DNA of 64,000 bases from Candidatus Omnitrophota bacterium. Its GTDB lineage: Bacteria > Omnitrophota > Gorgyraeia > Zapsychrales > JANLHA01. The stretch is from NCBI GenBank assembly GCA_038222225.1, contig JBBRHV010000003.1, forward strand, positions 10,331 to 74,330, written 5' to 3'. Below the pieces are notes generated by a model, which saw nothing but the letters and a program-made list of their open reading frames with translations, ran no database searches and was not told the origin of the DNA. This document shows positions 10,819 to 20,951 of this stretch, one piece after another. The number at the start of each line of letters is the position of its first letter. Within the stretch, counting starts at the first letter, position 1. The position numbers and the translations under genes are program-made.

Positions 10819-11157
10819 TGTCCTACCCTCCTTTTTAGAATTTATCTTAGATAATTGCCAGAGTAACACATAAAATCATGACAATCCGCCGCATTCCCTG
10901 CAAAATATATTGCCCTTATTTTTTTGGTTTAAAAAACCAGGGGCAAGCGACTTTAATGCGCCACCGCAAATGGGTCCAGCAATCCGTATTTTGCCCGTCC
11001 GGCTTCTCTTCAAAATCATTCTCTGAAGAAACCTCAGCATTGTCTTTTCTTCTCTCTTGATATTGTTTCGCCTTATTTTTCATACTTGACCTGCCCTTCA
11101 CCTTTATTTTGGGCATCGTCCCTTTTCTGGTTTTTCATCACTGCTTGCTGTTACCTG

Positions 11158-12012
11158 TCAAACCGTGATCTTTGTCTTTCTAAACCTTATTCCCAGCAAC
11201 CCTAATCCTAAAAGCGCTACGGTAGCCGGTTCCGGAACGACTGCTGAGGAGACATCCGGCACAACTTTACCGTTTGCATCAAATACAAGCCCGCCGCTTA
11301 AACCATGGCTGGCATTGCAAATGGCAGAAATATCGTTTGTATCCATCGTCACTGCGCCCTTTAGCGCAAGGGCTCTGCCGCACAAAATATCTGCATCGGT
11401 AGTCAGCGTGATGCTCTGATCCGCAAGAATATTGCCTATAAATGAAGTCCCTGTGCCGAGAGTCGCAGAAGTGCCAACCTGCCAGAACAGACCATCATTC
11501 AAGCCTGGATTGATCACCGACACCGATGAAGAGGACGCCGTTGTAAGTGTGCTCCCGATCTGAAAAGCCCAGAACGCATTATCAAGACCCTGAGCATCTA
11601 GCGTAAGTGGCCCCGTCAACTGAGCCGACGAGTTAAAATGATAAACGCCTGAAGTAAGCGTGAGTCCGCCAAGATCCTGACCAGTCAGGTCACTAGTGAA
11701 CGGCATATTAAAAAGGCCAGTCCACGCTGTGATGGCATCATTCCGAGCCTGAAGAGACACCCCATCGGGTCCGTGTATCGTTCCAGCAACAGTCCCCGGC
11801 CCTCCGGGAACATCAAAACCAACAATCGCGCTCCCTGGGGAAACACCCAAATCTCCAGTAACGGTACTCGAGCCAGTATTGGCTACCGTCGAACTACCTA
11901 AAACTCCGAAACTCTCCCCCAAACCTAATATCGAAGCAAGCCCTGTGGTAGGACTATGGAAAAAAATGATTACTGCCACGACTGCCGAAATGATTAAATA
12001 TTTGCCTCTCAT
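11158..12012 (-). CDS. DUF3494 ice-binding-family protein with PEP-CTERM sorting signal
   Basis: Signal peptide, GDLGVSPG, DLGGLTLTSGVY, FWQVGTSATLG, C-terminal VPEPATVALLGLGLLG-RFRK. Confidence 0.92.
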   Translation of the reverse strand: MRGKYLIISAVVAVIIFFHSPTTGLASILGLGESFGVLGSSTVANTGSSTVTGDLGVSPGSAIVGFDVPGGPGTVAGTIHGPDGVSLQARNDAITAWTGLFNMPFTSDLTGQDLGGLTLTSGVYHFNSSAQLTGPLTLDAQGLDNAFWAFQIGSTLTTASSSSVSVINPGLNDGLFWQVGTSATLGTGTSFIGNILADQSITLTTDADILCGRALALKGAVTMDTNDISAICNASHGLSGGLVFDANGKVVPDVSSAVVPEPATVALLGLGLLGIRFRKTKITV

Positions 12013-12084
12013 TTGTGCCCCATCGCGTTATTGTGTTATAAAACTCTATTGTATTATTAAACTCACTACTCCCTATTCATGTCC

Positions 12085-12747
12085 TTATTGACTCATGGTA
12101 GTTGTTGTTGTGGTAGTCGTTGTTGTGCCCATAGTAGTTGGTGCATACAATGTAATATCCCGCGCTTGTTTGTTCCCCTCCACCATCACGTAATCAACCT
12201 TTACCACATCACCGGGCTTTAATACTAATTCGACCGGCTGACTGCTTGGACTTTTCATCACAACGATCGTCTGGGGGTCAAAAATGAAATCAGAAGTCCT
12301 GCGTATTTCATCTTGCCCCATCCTTACCCTTTCTTCAACGACCAGCGTTCCGGCCTGGGTATCGATTGCCTTAAGCTCGCCAAAAGCCTGCTGGAACTCA
12401 GACACGGGCAAGGGTTCAACAATAATTTTTGGTACAACCGAATCCCCTTGACCATCGAGCACTTCAATGGTGACATTTTGACCTGCACGCAAGTCCGCAA
12501 CATTGAGAAACTTCTCATCCTTAGGGTCAGTGACCCTCGTATCATTCTGGCTAATTCGATACGCTGTTGTTTGCGTACCCTTCGGCACGTCTTGATTTAA
12601 CTCTAACTTGCCCGATTGAACATCGACCCATCCAATCTCTCCTGATACACGGTGCGTATCCCTATTCTCCGCGCTGCATACAGAAATGCCCGCAAGCAGC
12701 ACAAAAACCGCAACTGCGACCACGTGTTTAAAATTGTTTGCATTCAT
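12085..12747 (-). CDS. secreted protein with two OB-fold-like repeats and poly-Thr tail
   Basis: Signal peptide; G.I..VD...G.L and L..G..V repeats; GGAG RBS. Confidence 0.7.
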   Translation of the reverse strand: MNANNFKHVVAVAVFVLLAGISVCSAENRDTHRVSGEIGWVDVQSGKLELNQDVPKGTQTTAYRISQNDTRVTDPKDEKFLNVADLRAGQNVTIEVLDGQGDSVVPKIIVEPLPVSEFQQAFGELKAIDTQAGTLVVEERVRMGQDEIRRTSDFIFDPQTIVVMKSPSSQPVELVLKPGDVVKVDYVMVEGNKQARDITLYAPTTMGTTTTTTTTTTMSQ

Positions 12748-12792
12748 AGATTGTACTCCTTTTTCATTTTGATTTTCAACGCTATGCTTTCA

Positions 12793-12908
12793 TGAAGCCC
12801 CGCGGACTAAAGTCCGCGGTTCCATTTTCTGCGAGATCCCGCGGGGCGGAATCTCGACCGAAACGCCTCCCATCCCCCATCTAAAGATAGGGGTGTTTCG
12901 GCGTCGGG
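12793..12908. mobile_element. IS200/IS605-end-like palindromic MITE
   Basis: GAAGCCCCGCGGACTAAAGTCCGCGG and CATCCCCCATCTAAAGATAGGGG hairpins. Confidence 0.55.
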
Positions 12909-12928
12909 ATAAAAAAAACTGTTGTTTT

Positions 12929-13459
12929 TTAAAACTCCACCTTGACCTGTCCCTCCCCTTTATTCTGCGAATCTTCCATGAGTTGCGTTGCTTCCGCTTT
13001 TTTCTCTGTCTTTTCTTCAGCCTTCATTTTGGCTCGGAATTCTTTATTCTCCTTGCCCTTGAAAACATCCTTAGTTCTCTTAAATTGGGCTTTTTCATCA
13101 GCCCGCTCCTGTGCAGAGCTGGGAGCCACCACAATCCTTTTAACAACCTGACCTTTTTTGCTTTTTTTAATGTCCATCGTGACATACTGGCCTGGCTGCA
13201 GCTCCTTGATCGAACGCAGCTTTTTATCTGAAGAATTCATGATATGTTTTTCATTGCGGCCAATTCTATACTCCATGATCTCTCCCCTGCTTTGGGGAGC
13301 ATCGCTCTTAAGCTGAATCGTACCCAGCGTCAGGTCTATCCCTACAATTTCCCCTGAGACTTGACTCACCTTCGCCGCTTCACAAACGGGCGCAAAAATG
13401 CCAGCGAAAAGCACAACAGCCGCACCCACGATCATCACTTTTAAAAAATTTGCATTCAT
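12929..13459 (-). CDS. secreted protein, paralogue of 12085-12747
   Basis: MNAN start, signal peptide, VSGEI motif shared; start corrected using AGGAG RBS. Confidence 0.7.
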   Translation of the reverse strand: MNANFLKVMIVGAAVVLFAGIFAPVCEAAKVSQVSGEIVGIDLTLGTIQLKSDAPQSRGEIMEYRIGRNEKHIMNSSDKKLRSIKELQPGQYVTMDIKKSKKGQVVKRIVVAPSSAQERADEKAQFKRTKDVFKGKENKEFRAKMKAEEKTEKKAEATQLMEDSQNKGEGQVKVEF

Positions 13460-13561
13460 GGCATACACTCCTTTCTGTTCTTCATTCCCAATCCACACCC
13501 CCATGAAAACAGATTTCTTTCCGGTCTTTCATTCCCTCTAAGTTATAAAAAATCCTGATCT

Positions 13562-14026
13562 CTATTCAGCATTCAAAAAAGCAATACGGGCCTTGTGCAT
13601 CCCGGGTAAAACGTCGGTAAAATGCTCCAGCATATCCTCCGAAGATTTCAACTTAACAATCTCCATTTCGCTCTGGTAACGCGCCACATCACATCCGGTT
13701 TCATTTTTAATGATCTTTTCAATGCCGGCCATGCTGCTGGTCTTGGGATCAAATTTGATCATCCTCATGTCTTTTTGATTCAAAGAACTGAACGCCCCTC
13801 CGGGAAGATAAATCGTGCCATTATTAAAATCAACGGCATAGGCAATGATGCCCGGAATAAGAAAGAACAGCAACCCGATCCCGTCCAAGACGGCAATACC
13901 GGCATCGATCTTACCGCCTCTTTGCCCTTTCCGTTCAGGGTACATAATGGTCCCGCAACCCGCTAGTTGAAAAACGAGTACAGTACATATCAACGTATAG
14001 AAGACTTTGGTTATCTTGTTTAACAT
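13562..14026 (-). CDS. lipoprotein, conserved hypothetical
   Basis: Lipobox LAGC; GT.MYPERKGQ..G.ID; DF.NG.IYLP. Confidence 0.75.
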   Translation of the reverse strand: MLNKITKVFYTLICTVLVFQLAGCGTIMYPERKGQRGGKIDAGIAVLDGIGLLFFLIPGIIAYAVDFNNGTIYLPGGAFSSLNQKDMRMIKFDPKTSSMAGIEKIIKNETGCDVARYQSEMEIVKLKSSEDMLEHFTDVLPGMHKARIAFLNAE

Positions 14027-14041
14027 ATGCTCCCTTTTTTT

Positions 14042-14458
14042 TTAGATCGTTTTTTTTATGGACCCATCAGCCGACAAAACATCTGCGCTGAGCTCAAACG
14101 CATGCCGCATCATCAATTCAAACGCTTTTTTGCTGAGATGTTCAAAAACAATTCCAAGCACTTCATGGGTCGGCTCTGACTTGGCCCAGGCCACACGGCC
14201 CCGAGTCTTAAAATTTTCTTTATTTGAAAGATAAATTTTCAGTTGAACCTGATGTTGCACGCGCGGATGCCCGAGCACAATGATCGAGGCACCATCCAAA
14301 CTTAAATCCTTCGTAAAAGACTGAACAAGAGGCCCCCTGTCCTTCCCATAACATTCAACGCGTTTATTTACTTCCCAACGGGGAAAATATCTTTTATCGT
14401 ACTTTTTTTCCCTCTGCCCTATGTTCCTTTGCTTGACGTCCAATATACCGTGAGCCAT
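14042..14458 (-). CDS. PilZ domain protein
   Basis: KRYFPR (RxxxR) and DLSLDG motifs. Confidence 0.85.
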   Translation of the reverse strand: MAHGILDVKQRNIGQREKKYDKRYFPRWEVNKRVECYGKDRGPLVQSFTKDLSLDGASIIVLGHPRVQHQVQLKIYLSNKENFKTRGRVAWAKSEPTHEVLGIVFEHLSKKAFELMMRHAFELSADVLSADGSIKKTI

Positions 14459-14564
14459 AGGACCCTCCTTCACCGTTTTCCCATACCGCTAAATGGAACT
14501 CGAAATCCCCGCCAAAATAGTATCTCCAGAGTACCTGTTTATTTGGCGAAGATTCCATTCCCAA

Positions 14565-15137
14565 TTATTTCTTTCCGCTTCTTGAAAAAGGCTCTTTAAC
14601 AACAACCTTGACACCATCGATTGTTCCTGTTGCCGCGTCTTTGACCTTATCCCCCACCGACGCGCTGATGTCATACGCAGCCTTAACAGCTCCGGACGCG
14701 GCTTCAGCAGCTGCTTTTTCCACATCAATACCCGTCTCTTTGGCCGAATGGATAACTCCTTTGATCAATCCTTTGGTTGCGACACCGACATCTCCCCCTA
14801 TATCAAAGGTTGCTTTGATGACCCGGCCGCCTAAGGCCCTGATCACAGTGAGCGCTTCTGCTCCTGCTGCCTTGGATCCCTTTAATATCCCTACAACAAG
14901 TCCCTTGACCCCATCCTCCAGATTTTTTCCGGTTTCCACAATACCGCTGATCGTTGCACTGATCACATCCTGAGCTGATTCGATCAACGCCGCTCCGGTT
15001 TTGCCTGTCTCTTTGGCCAAGTTGCTCACAACTTTGCTGATCGTATCAATGATCGCATTGACAAGATCCCCTGTTCCTGTAATGATACCGACGATATCGT
15101 CCTTCACTGTTTCGACAATCTCTTTTGTTGTGCTCAT
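14565..15137 (-). CDS. hypothetical Gly/Ala/Val-rich helical repeat protein
   Basis: GGAGG RBS; amphipathic repeats. Confidence 0.65.
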   Translation of the reverse strand: MSTTKEIVETVKDDIVGIITGTGDLVNAIIDTISKVVSNLAKETGKTGAALIESAQDVISATISGIVETGKNLEDGVKGLVVGILKGSKAAGAEALTVIRALGGRVIKATFDIGGDVGVATKGLIKGVIHSAKETGIDVEKAAAEAASGAVKAAYDISASVGDKVKDAATGTIDGVKVVVKEPFSRSGKK

Positions 15138-15239
15138 TCCACACCTCCCTGCCTGCTGCCGCGTAGACTCCGCAGACTATTTTTTCTTCTTTTATTGAAT
15201 GCTCCATCTGTCAACCGCTGCTGACCGCAGCGACACACA

Positions 15240-16040
15240 TTAGTTCTTGGATAACGTATCATCCAACGTCATGTTATTAACCACACTAGTTACTCCATTA
15301 ACATCATTGGCGACTTTACCAGCCATATCTTTTCCGGCTGCATTACTAGCCTTGCCGCTTAAGGTGACCACGCCATTATTCGTCGTAACCCCGGTCTTAA
15401 AAAAGCTGGTCGAGTGGTGCGTTAAGAGCGCCATTTTAACCTGGGCGGTGATCGATGCATCATCGATCTTGTCAGCCATGGTTGGCTCCTGCATCACCGG
15501 TTTTTTGGCATAGATCGACCTTGAAACTTTGGCGACCGTCATCTCATTCTGGACGTCTTTCACGCCATTGATATCCTTAGCGTATTCCCCGGCCAGATCC
15601 TTTTGCGCCTGATTCGCGGCCTCCCCCTGCAATGTGACGACCCCCTCCTTAACGAAAACCTGAGTATTGATGCCGCTCACATTTCGATTATAAAGAAGCG
15701 AATACTTCACCTGCATGCTGATCCATCCATCAGAGCTTTCAGCCGGAGGAGTATTTTTCAGCTTCAGTTGGTTGTCGACACTTTTGACTCCCGGAAGGCT
15801 TGCCACGGTCTCCTGAGCTAATCCTTTATGCGACCCTTCTTCAACGGTTCCCGTCAACGTGACCACACCGTCCTTGGCCTGAAGGTTGACACTGTCATCT
15901 TTAAGATACGTTTTAAAAACATACGAATTTTTTGCTGACGCTTCAATGCGGTTATCCATCTCAGAGGCGCGCGCAGAAACGCTTGAGAGCAACACAACAG
16001 CTGTGACCGCAATGACGACTTTGGAATAATTGACATTCAT
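15240..16040 (-). CDS. triple-BON domain (OsmY-like) protein
   Basis: Signal peptide, three GVVTL.G...GV..V.N repeats. Confidence 0.93.
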   Translation of the reverse strand: MNVNYSKVVIAVTAVVLLSSVSARASEMDNRIEASAKNSYVFKTYLKDDSVNLQAKDGVVTLTGTVEEGSHKGLAQETVASLPGVKSVDNQLKLKNTPPAESSDGWISMQVKYSLLYNRNVSGINTQVFVKEGVVTLQGEAANQAQKDLAGEYAKDINGVKDVQNEMTVAKVSRSIYAKKPVMQEPTMADKIDDASITAQVKMALLTHHSTSFFKTGVTTNNGVVTLSGKASNAAGKDMAGKVANDVNGVTSVVNNMTLDDTLSKN

Positions 16041-16127
16041 AAAACACCTTCCTTTATAGTAAACTGCTTATGTTTGAATGGACTCTCTTTCTAAAACCGG
16101 CCCAAACCCTGATTCACGCATATGATT

Positions 16128-16210
16128 CACGCGGTTTTCTTTTTCCCGAGGACAAATATGAGAACCGATAAAATAATAAACACAAAAAATGTCGCTGCCC
16201 AATGCAACAT
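16128..16210 (-). pseudogene. DUF1328 (YtjA-like) remnant
   Basis: GGAGG RBS then MLHWAATFF..., internally deleted or frameshifted. Confidence 0.4.
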
Positions 16211-16241
16211 AAGGGCCTCCTTTCTTAAACGATCCCCATGA

Positions 16242-16478
16242 CTACTTCAACAAAGATCCCCGCTGGATCTGATCCTTACGGATGTTATACTCCTGCTGAG
16301 TGATCTTTTTATTCTTCAGGTCTTCATTTAACTGGTTCATTTGTCGCTCTGCCTGAATTTCATATCCGGCTCCCGCGCCTAAAGCCCCGGCCCCGGCGCC
16401 TCCCCAAAAAGATCCGCTGCATCCTGCCAGCACGATCCCTGAAAGCACGATCAATAACCCTATTGATTTTTTCATCAC
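16242..16478 (-). CDS. small glycine-rich lipoprotein
   Basis: LAGC lipobox, GGAGAGALGAGAGYE. Confidence 0.75.
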   Translation of the reverse strand: MMKKSIGLLIVLSGIVLAGCSGSFWGGAGAGALGAGAGYEIQAERQMNQLNEDLKNKKITQQEYNIRKDQIQRGSLLK

Positions 16479-16521
16479 GATCCTCCTGCCTCTTTGATGA
16501 GCATTCCCTGCTCATGTGTCT

Positions 16522-16647
16522 TTATATCCGTTGAATACCTGCCCCTGTATTCTCGATATCTTTTCCAGCGCCTTTCACCATATTGCAACCCGAAACTGAA
16601 ACCGCTAAAAATAAGACAATAAGAATCACTACACTTTTATTTTTCAT
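16522..16647 (-). CDS. entericidin EcnA/B family lipoprotein (41 aa, not in ORF track)
   Basis: MKNKSVVILIVLFLAVSVSGCNMVKGAGKDIENTGAGIQRI*; GGAGG RBS; CN..KG.GKDI motif. Confidence 0.85.
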   Translation of the reverse strand: MKNKSVVILIVLFLAVSVSGCNMVKGAGKDIENTGAGIQRI

Positions 16648-16660
16648 GTCCTCCCCCTTT

Positions 16661-17029
16661 CTAAAACGCCAGATTAATCAAATCAACTAGTGTCTGGTCA
16701 TTAAACGGTTTTTGTAAAAATCCTACGGCCCCTGCACTTAAGGCTTGCTCTCTAAGGTGCCCGTTCTTGTCCGCCGTAATGATGATGACCGGGCGCGTGG
16801 AACCGGATTTAATGATCCGTTTTATCGCTTCCCATCCATCCAGTCCCGGCATGTGAAGATCAAGGATCAAACAACCCTCCGTACTATTCGGCACTGCACT
16901 AAAAAATTTCTCTGCCGAAGGAAATGTCTCTACCTTAAATCCAAACGTAACCAGAAGAAATTTAAGAGCACGGCAAATCGATTCATCGTCGTCAACTATA
17001 TAAATATTCTTTTTGAGTATAATCTTCAT
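16661..17029 (-). CDS. single-domain response regulator
   Basis: VDDD, LILDLHMP, FLQKPF. Confidence 0.9.
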   Translation of the reverse strand: MKIILKKNIYIVDDDESICRALKFLLVTFGFKVETFPSAEKFFSAVPNSTEGCLILDLHMPGLDGWEAIKRIIKSGSTRPVIIITADKNGHLREQALSAGAVGFLQKPFNDQTLVDLINLAF

Positions 17030-17065
17030 AACGTTATCCTCTTTTTAACTCCATACTAACCACAA

Positions 17066-17674
17066 TCAAGAAAGAAACAATTGTACCTGGGTATCATCCG
17101 CCACCTTCGGCGCCAACACATGGCACATATATAACCGCGCCCGATGAAGCAGGACATAAAGATTTTCAACACTGATATTTAAGATCTCGCATATCTCTGC
17201 AACGTCCATCTGTTCTATTTCCCGAAGGTAAAAAGCCTCTGCGACCGCCTCCGGTAATTCCTGCAGACAATCAAAGAAGGCCGGCCAGAATTTCTTTGTT
17301 TGAGCTTCTTTGCCCGGATCAAGCTCATGGATGCCCAACAAATTCCTGTGTCGGCCTTGTTGATCAAAAAAACTGTTGCTAGCTGCCTCATTTTCCCGAA
17401 CATCTTTGAATGGTTTTTTCTGAAAGACCTTGCGGAAATGATCCCGGATCTTAGCCTCCAGCATATCCGTCAGCCAAACCCCTTCATCTGACAATCCTCC
17501 GAAACGGCGCTTTGTATCTGCCGCAGATAAAAGTGTCTCTTGCACAAGGGTTTCTGCCTGTGCGGAATATTTCACCCGCCTTAAGGCAAGCGTGTAAAGT
17601 TGTTGGCCATACTGATCCACCCACAGATCAGTATCAATAGTCCCCGAACTCTTTTCCTTCAGCACGTGTACCAT
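17066..17674 (-). CDS. ECF sigma-70 factor
   Basis: AETLVQET region 2, LREIEQM...EICEILNIS..NLYVLLHRAR region 4; start uncertain (17674 or 17743). Confidence 0.8.
   Translation of the reverse strand: MVHVLKEKSSGTIDTDLWVDQYGQQLYTLALRRVKYSAQAETLVQETLLSAADTKRRFGGLSDEGVWLTDMLEAKIRDHFRKVFQKKPFKDVRENEAASNSFFDQQGRHRNLLGIHELDPGKEAQTKKFWPAFFDCLQELPEAVAEAFYLREIEQMDVAEICEILNISVENLYVLLHRARLYMCHVLAPKVADDTQVQLFLS
17078..17096 (-). promoter_or_regulatory. 7-2-7 inverted-repeat activator box abutting -35 (copy 1)
   Basis: CAATTGTACCTGGGTATCA; TTGTTT-16-TAGTAT on minus strand. Confidence 0.55.
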
Positions 17675-17754
17675 GGCAACCCTCTCATCTTTTTTACCCC
17701 TGAAAAAAGAAACACGCCTTCTGCTCACAGGCTTTAGCTTCACACCTGTTGAGC

Positions 17755-17800
17755 ATTGTAGGCTTTATCAAAAAAAGGACAATTGTACCAGGGTATAACT
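17755..17800 (-). promoter_or_regulatory. 7-2-7 box plus sigma70 promoter (copy 2)
   Basis: TTATACC-CT-GGTACAA then TTGTCC-16-TACAAT. Confidence 0.65.
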
Positions 17801-17857
17801 GATGAATGAACAGATGCGGACGAAAAAACTCTTTATCACGATGGAAAAAATTTTTAA

Positions 17858-20650
17858 TTATACGAATGATCTTTCGCGCTCTAAAACTCTCAGAAATGCA
17901 TCAACGATCTTAGGTTCAAATCGCGTACCGGAAAATTCCTGAAGCATTCTGAGGGCACTCTCTTTTGGGAACGCCTTGCGGTACGGCCGATCTGAAATCA
18001 ACGCCTCGTATACATCAGCAACGGCAATAATCCTTGCGGCCAAAGGGATTCTTTCTTTCACAAATCCATAAGGATATCCTTTGCCATCCCATCTTTCGTG
18101 ATGATAAAGAAGGGCCGGTATGATCGGATGCAACGAATGAATCGGCCTGATAATATCCACGCCTATCTGAGGATGCCGTTTAACCTCTTCAAACTCTTCT
18201 CTGGTCAGTTCGGACGGTTTATGCAGGATCTCTTCTCTGATCCCGACTTTCCCCAGATCATGCAGCATCATCGCCTGTCCAATAAGCTCAATCTGCTGGG
18301 AAGACAAATTTAACTCACGAGAAATTGCGACGGCATAATCAACGGCCCTTTCACCATGCCCCCCGGTGTCATGATCTTTCAGCTCTATAATTTTTGCGAA
18401 TGCGAATATTTCCTCGATCAAACTTTGATTTGCCCGTAACGTCAGTCGAGCGATTTTATCTTTGAGCGACTTGATGTCGGAAGTTTCCGGAATTGTTGCG
18501 TCCCCCTTCTTTATGTCTGAGAGAGAAAATACCCGGTTGCCGCCGCTCTCTTTGGCCTTATTCAAAATTTTGTCAACAAAATCCACCATCTCCATCCCTT
18601 GAAGAGGACTGTCTTCCGGATATGATGAAACCGCTAATGTTAACTTCAACTTAATAAGATGCGCCTTATCCCCAAAGTTATGTGCCTTGGCCCTTTTCAG
18701 AATTCTTTCAGCCAAGGCGAGGATGCCCGCCTTATCCGTGTCCGGAGATAACACAATAAACTCATCCCCTCCGTAACGGATGACAGTATCATAGGGCCGG
18801 ACGATCTTGGTCAACTCTTGAGCGAACTGCCTTAATATCAAATCGCCGAAGACATGCCCATACACATCATTGATCGACTTAAAATAATCCAGATCCATCA
18901 TAATGAGCGAAAACGGACTAAATGTCCGTTCAGCCTGAGAAAGGCCTCCTTCCAGCGTTTCTTTCAGATAACGATGATTATAAAGACCGGTATGGGAATC
19001 TTTCAAAATCAGCTGTCCCATTTCCTTGCTGAGTTGTTCCCGTTCGGTTTCTGCCATTTTGCGGTCGGTAATATTGCGAATGTTGCATTGGATGACGTTG
19101 ATATGGTCAACGCTATAGACATTGCTGACAAATTCCACATTGATCAAGCGCCCGTCTTTGGTCTGAAGGGGCAAATCTTCATAACGGACATATCCTTGAG
19201 TTTGCAGTTGCTGAAATGCTGTTTTACATCTATTGGTATCTATAAAAGCGCCGACATCCCAGAGTTTCTTTCCTAAAAATTCTTCGCGTGAATAACCCAA
19301 CATATCAACTAAAAATGGATTCACTTCATTGATCTGACTCGTTTCTGCATCAAGAATTAATATCCCATCCTGGGCCGTCTCAAAAAGCCGACGGAACCGG
19401 CTTTCCGAATTCTGCAGGGCATCCTGTAGACGCTTATGTTCGGTGATGTCGCGCCAAACACTTAAAAACATCCACCTCTCTTTGTAACGGGTCAAAGACG
19501 TCGACACCAGGATGTTTTTCTTCGAACCATCCTTTGCGCGAATAACGGTCTCAGTTTCACGGCATCCGTTTTCTGCAACAATTTCGTTTAAAAAGCGCAG
19601 CGCTTCCTGGCTATCTTTAAAATTCGGATGAATAAGGGTATCAAAATCTGAATGATTTGCTTCCTCTATTGTATAACCGCAAATATTTCCCATCCTTGAA
19701 TTAAAAACCTCAAAATGGCCTTTCGTATCCGACAAGGTGATCCCATCGCTCACCTTATCAACAACCATTTGCAGCTCTAAAAAATCATCCAAAAACCCTT
19801 TCTCCACCACTTTGCGTGTGGTTATATCACGAACGACTCCCCACATGCCCCGCGGCTTTCCTTCTTTATCCTTAATAAGCCAAATTTTAAGGCTTACGGG
19901 AAAAACCGTCCCGTCCTTTTTGATATATTCTTTTTCATATTCATCAGCATACCCCTTTTCCAGGATTTGTTTTTCAAAAATATCTTCTTCGAGGCTATGC
20001 CATTTCTCAGGAGTGAACTGCCGGCAAATAAATCCTTTGATTTCCTGCTCAGTATAACCGAGCATTTCTCTGTAAGCCTGATTGGTGTCAATAATATTTC
20101 TCTTCATATCCATCAAGAACATGCCGTCCTTAAACGAATCGTAAAAACTGTGATATTTCTCCTCTGATTCTTTCCATTGAGCCACATCACTCAATTTTTC
20201 TAAAAATTCTTTGATCGATTGGGCCCGGTTAAGAATTTTTTGTGTGGTCTCTAATGAAACTGGCGCGGGACTTAGAGTGTCAAGGGAATCTTCCAGCATC
20301 AGTTCCGCAGCGTAGATATCATTGCCGAATTGATGCGTGATGATTTCTTTAAGGATGGGATTGATGGGGATGGCATTCTGGAATTGAGGAAAATTCGGGC
20401 TCTCTTTCGAAGGTGAGGTCACCGCGCCAATAACATTTTTTATGTCTTTGTACCACAATAAAATCCGATGCGCTTCCTGAATCGGCATCATTTCTTTTTT
20501 TTCAAGCCACCGCTGGCACAGAAGGATGATCGCGGCCACGCTATCCTCAACGCGATGGTAAATAAAATCCCAGACATCCTTTCCAATGCTGATGCCTTCA
20601 TGGTTTATATATTCGTAAAGCTCTTTTTCTCGGGGCATGGGATTGGACAT
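17858..20650 (-). CDS. PAS x3-GGDEF-HD-GYP c-di-GMP enzyme
   Basis: Three PAS/PAC, YGGDEF, HDLGK, HHERWDGKGYP. Confidence 0.92.
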   Translation of the reverse strand: MSNPMPREKELYEYINHEGISIGKDVWDFIYHRVEDSVAAIILLCQRWLEKKEMMPIQEAHRILLWYKDIKNVIGAVTSPSKESPNFPQFQNAIPINPILKEIITHQFGNDIYAAELMLEDSLDTLSPAPVSLETTQKILNRAQSIKEFLEKLSDVAQWKESEEKYHSFYDSFKDGMFLMDMKRNIIDTNQAYREMLGYTEQEIKGFICRQFTPEKWHSLEEDIFEKQILEKGYADEYEKEYIKKDGTVFPVSLKIWLIKDKEGKPRGMWGVVRDITTRKVVEKGFLDDFLELQMVVDKVSDGITLSDTKGHFEVFNSRMGNICGYTIEEANHSDFDTLIHPNFKDSQEALRFLNEIVAENGCRETETVIRAKDGSKKNILVSTSLTRYKERWMFLSVWRDITEHKRLQDALQNSESRFRRLFETAQDGILILDAETSQINEVNPFLVDMLGYSREEFLGKKLWDVGAFIDTNRCKTAFQQLQTQGYVRYEDLPLQTKDGRLINVEFVSNVYSVDHINVIQCNIRNITDRKMAETEREQLSKEMGQLILKDSHTGLYNHRYLKETLEGGLSQAERTFSPFSLIMMDLDYFKSINDVYGHVFGDLILRQFAQELTKIVRPYDTVIRYGGDEFIVLSPDTDKAGILALAERILKRAKAHNFGDKAHLIKLKLTLAVSSYPEDSPLQGMEMVDFVDKILNKAKESGGNRVFSLSDIKKGDATIPETSDIKSLKDKIARLTLRANQSLIEEIFAFAKIIELKDHDTGGHGERAVDYAVAISRELNLSSQQIELIGQAMMLHDLGKVGIREEILHKPSELTREEFEEVKRHPQIGVDIIRPIHSLHPIIPALLYHHERWDGKGYPYGFVKERIPLAARIIAVADVYEALISDRPYRKAFPKESALRMLQEFSGTRFEPKIVDAFLRVLERERSFV

Positions 20651-20728
20651 AGCTCTTATTGCACCTCATGAAAAGGCAACCGTATGCCGACACATTGCCA
20701 GACAGTTCGGCTCCCTTTATTTGTTTTT

Positions 20729-20775
20729 ATTGTAGGCCTTATCGTAAACAGGGGCAATTGCACCAGGGTATAACT
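20729..20775 (-). promoter_or_regulatory. 7-2-7 box plus sigma70 promoter (copy 3)
   Basis: TTATACC-CT-GGTGCAA then TTGCCC-17-TACAAT. Confidence 0.65.
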
Positions 20776-20951
20776 CAAACCCTGGAACGTTCGGAAGAAA
20801 AAAAACCGCTGTTTTAGAAAAGGGTGTCCCTGCTTGAATGAGACAAGCCATGCCTTTTGGCGAAGATGTTTTGAATGGTATTCTTTGAAAAAAATTTCAC
20901 GTCATATGATCGCTCAAGTTTTCTCTCGCGCTTTTTCTGAATCTGCCGTAC

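Noticed and set aside
10916-11116. 66-aa basic ORF
   Set aside because: No recognisable family; cannot be supported beyond co-orientation.
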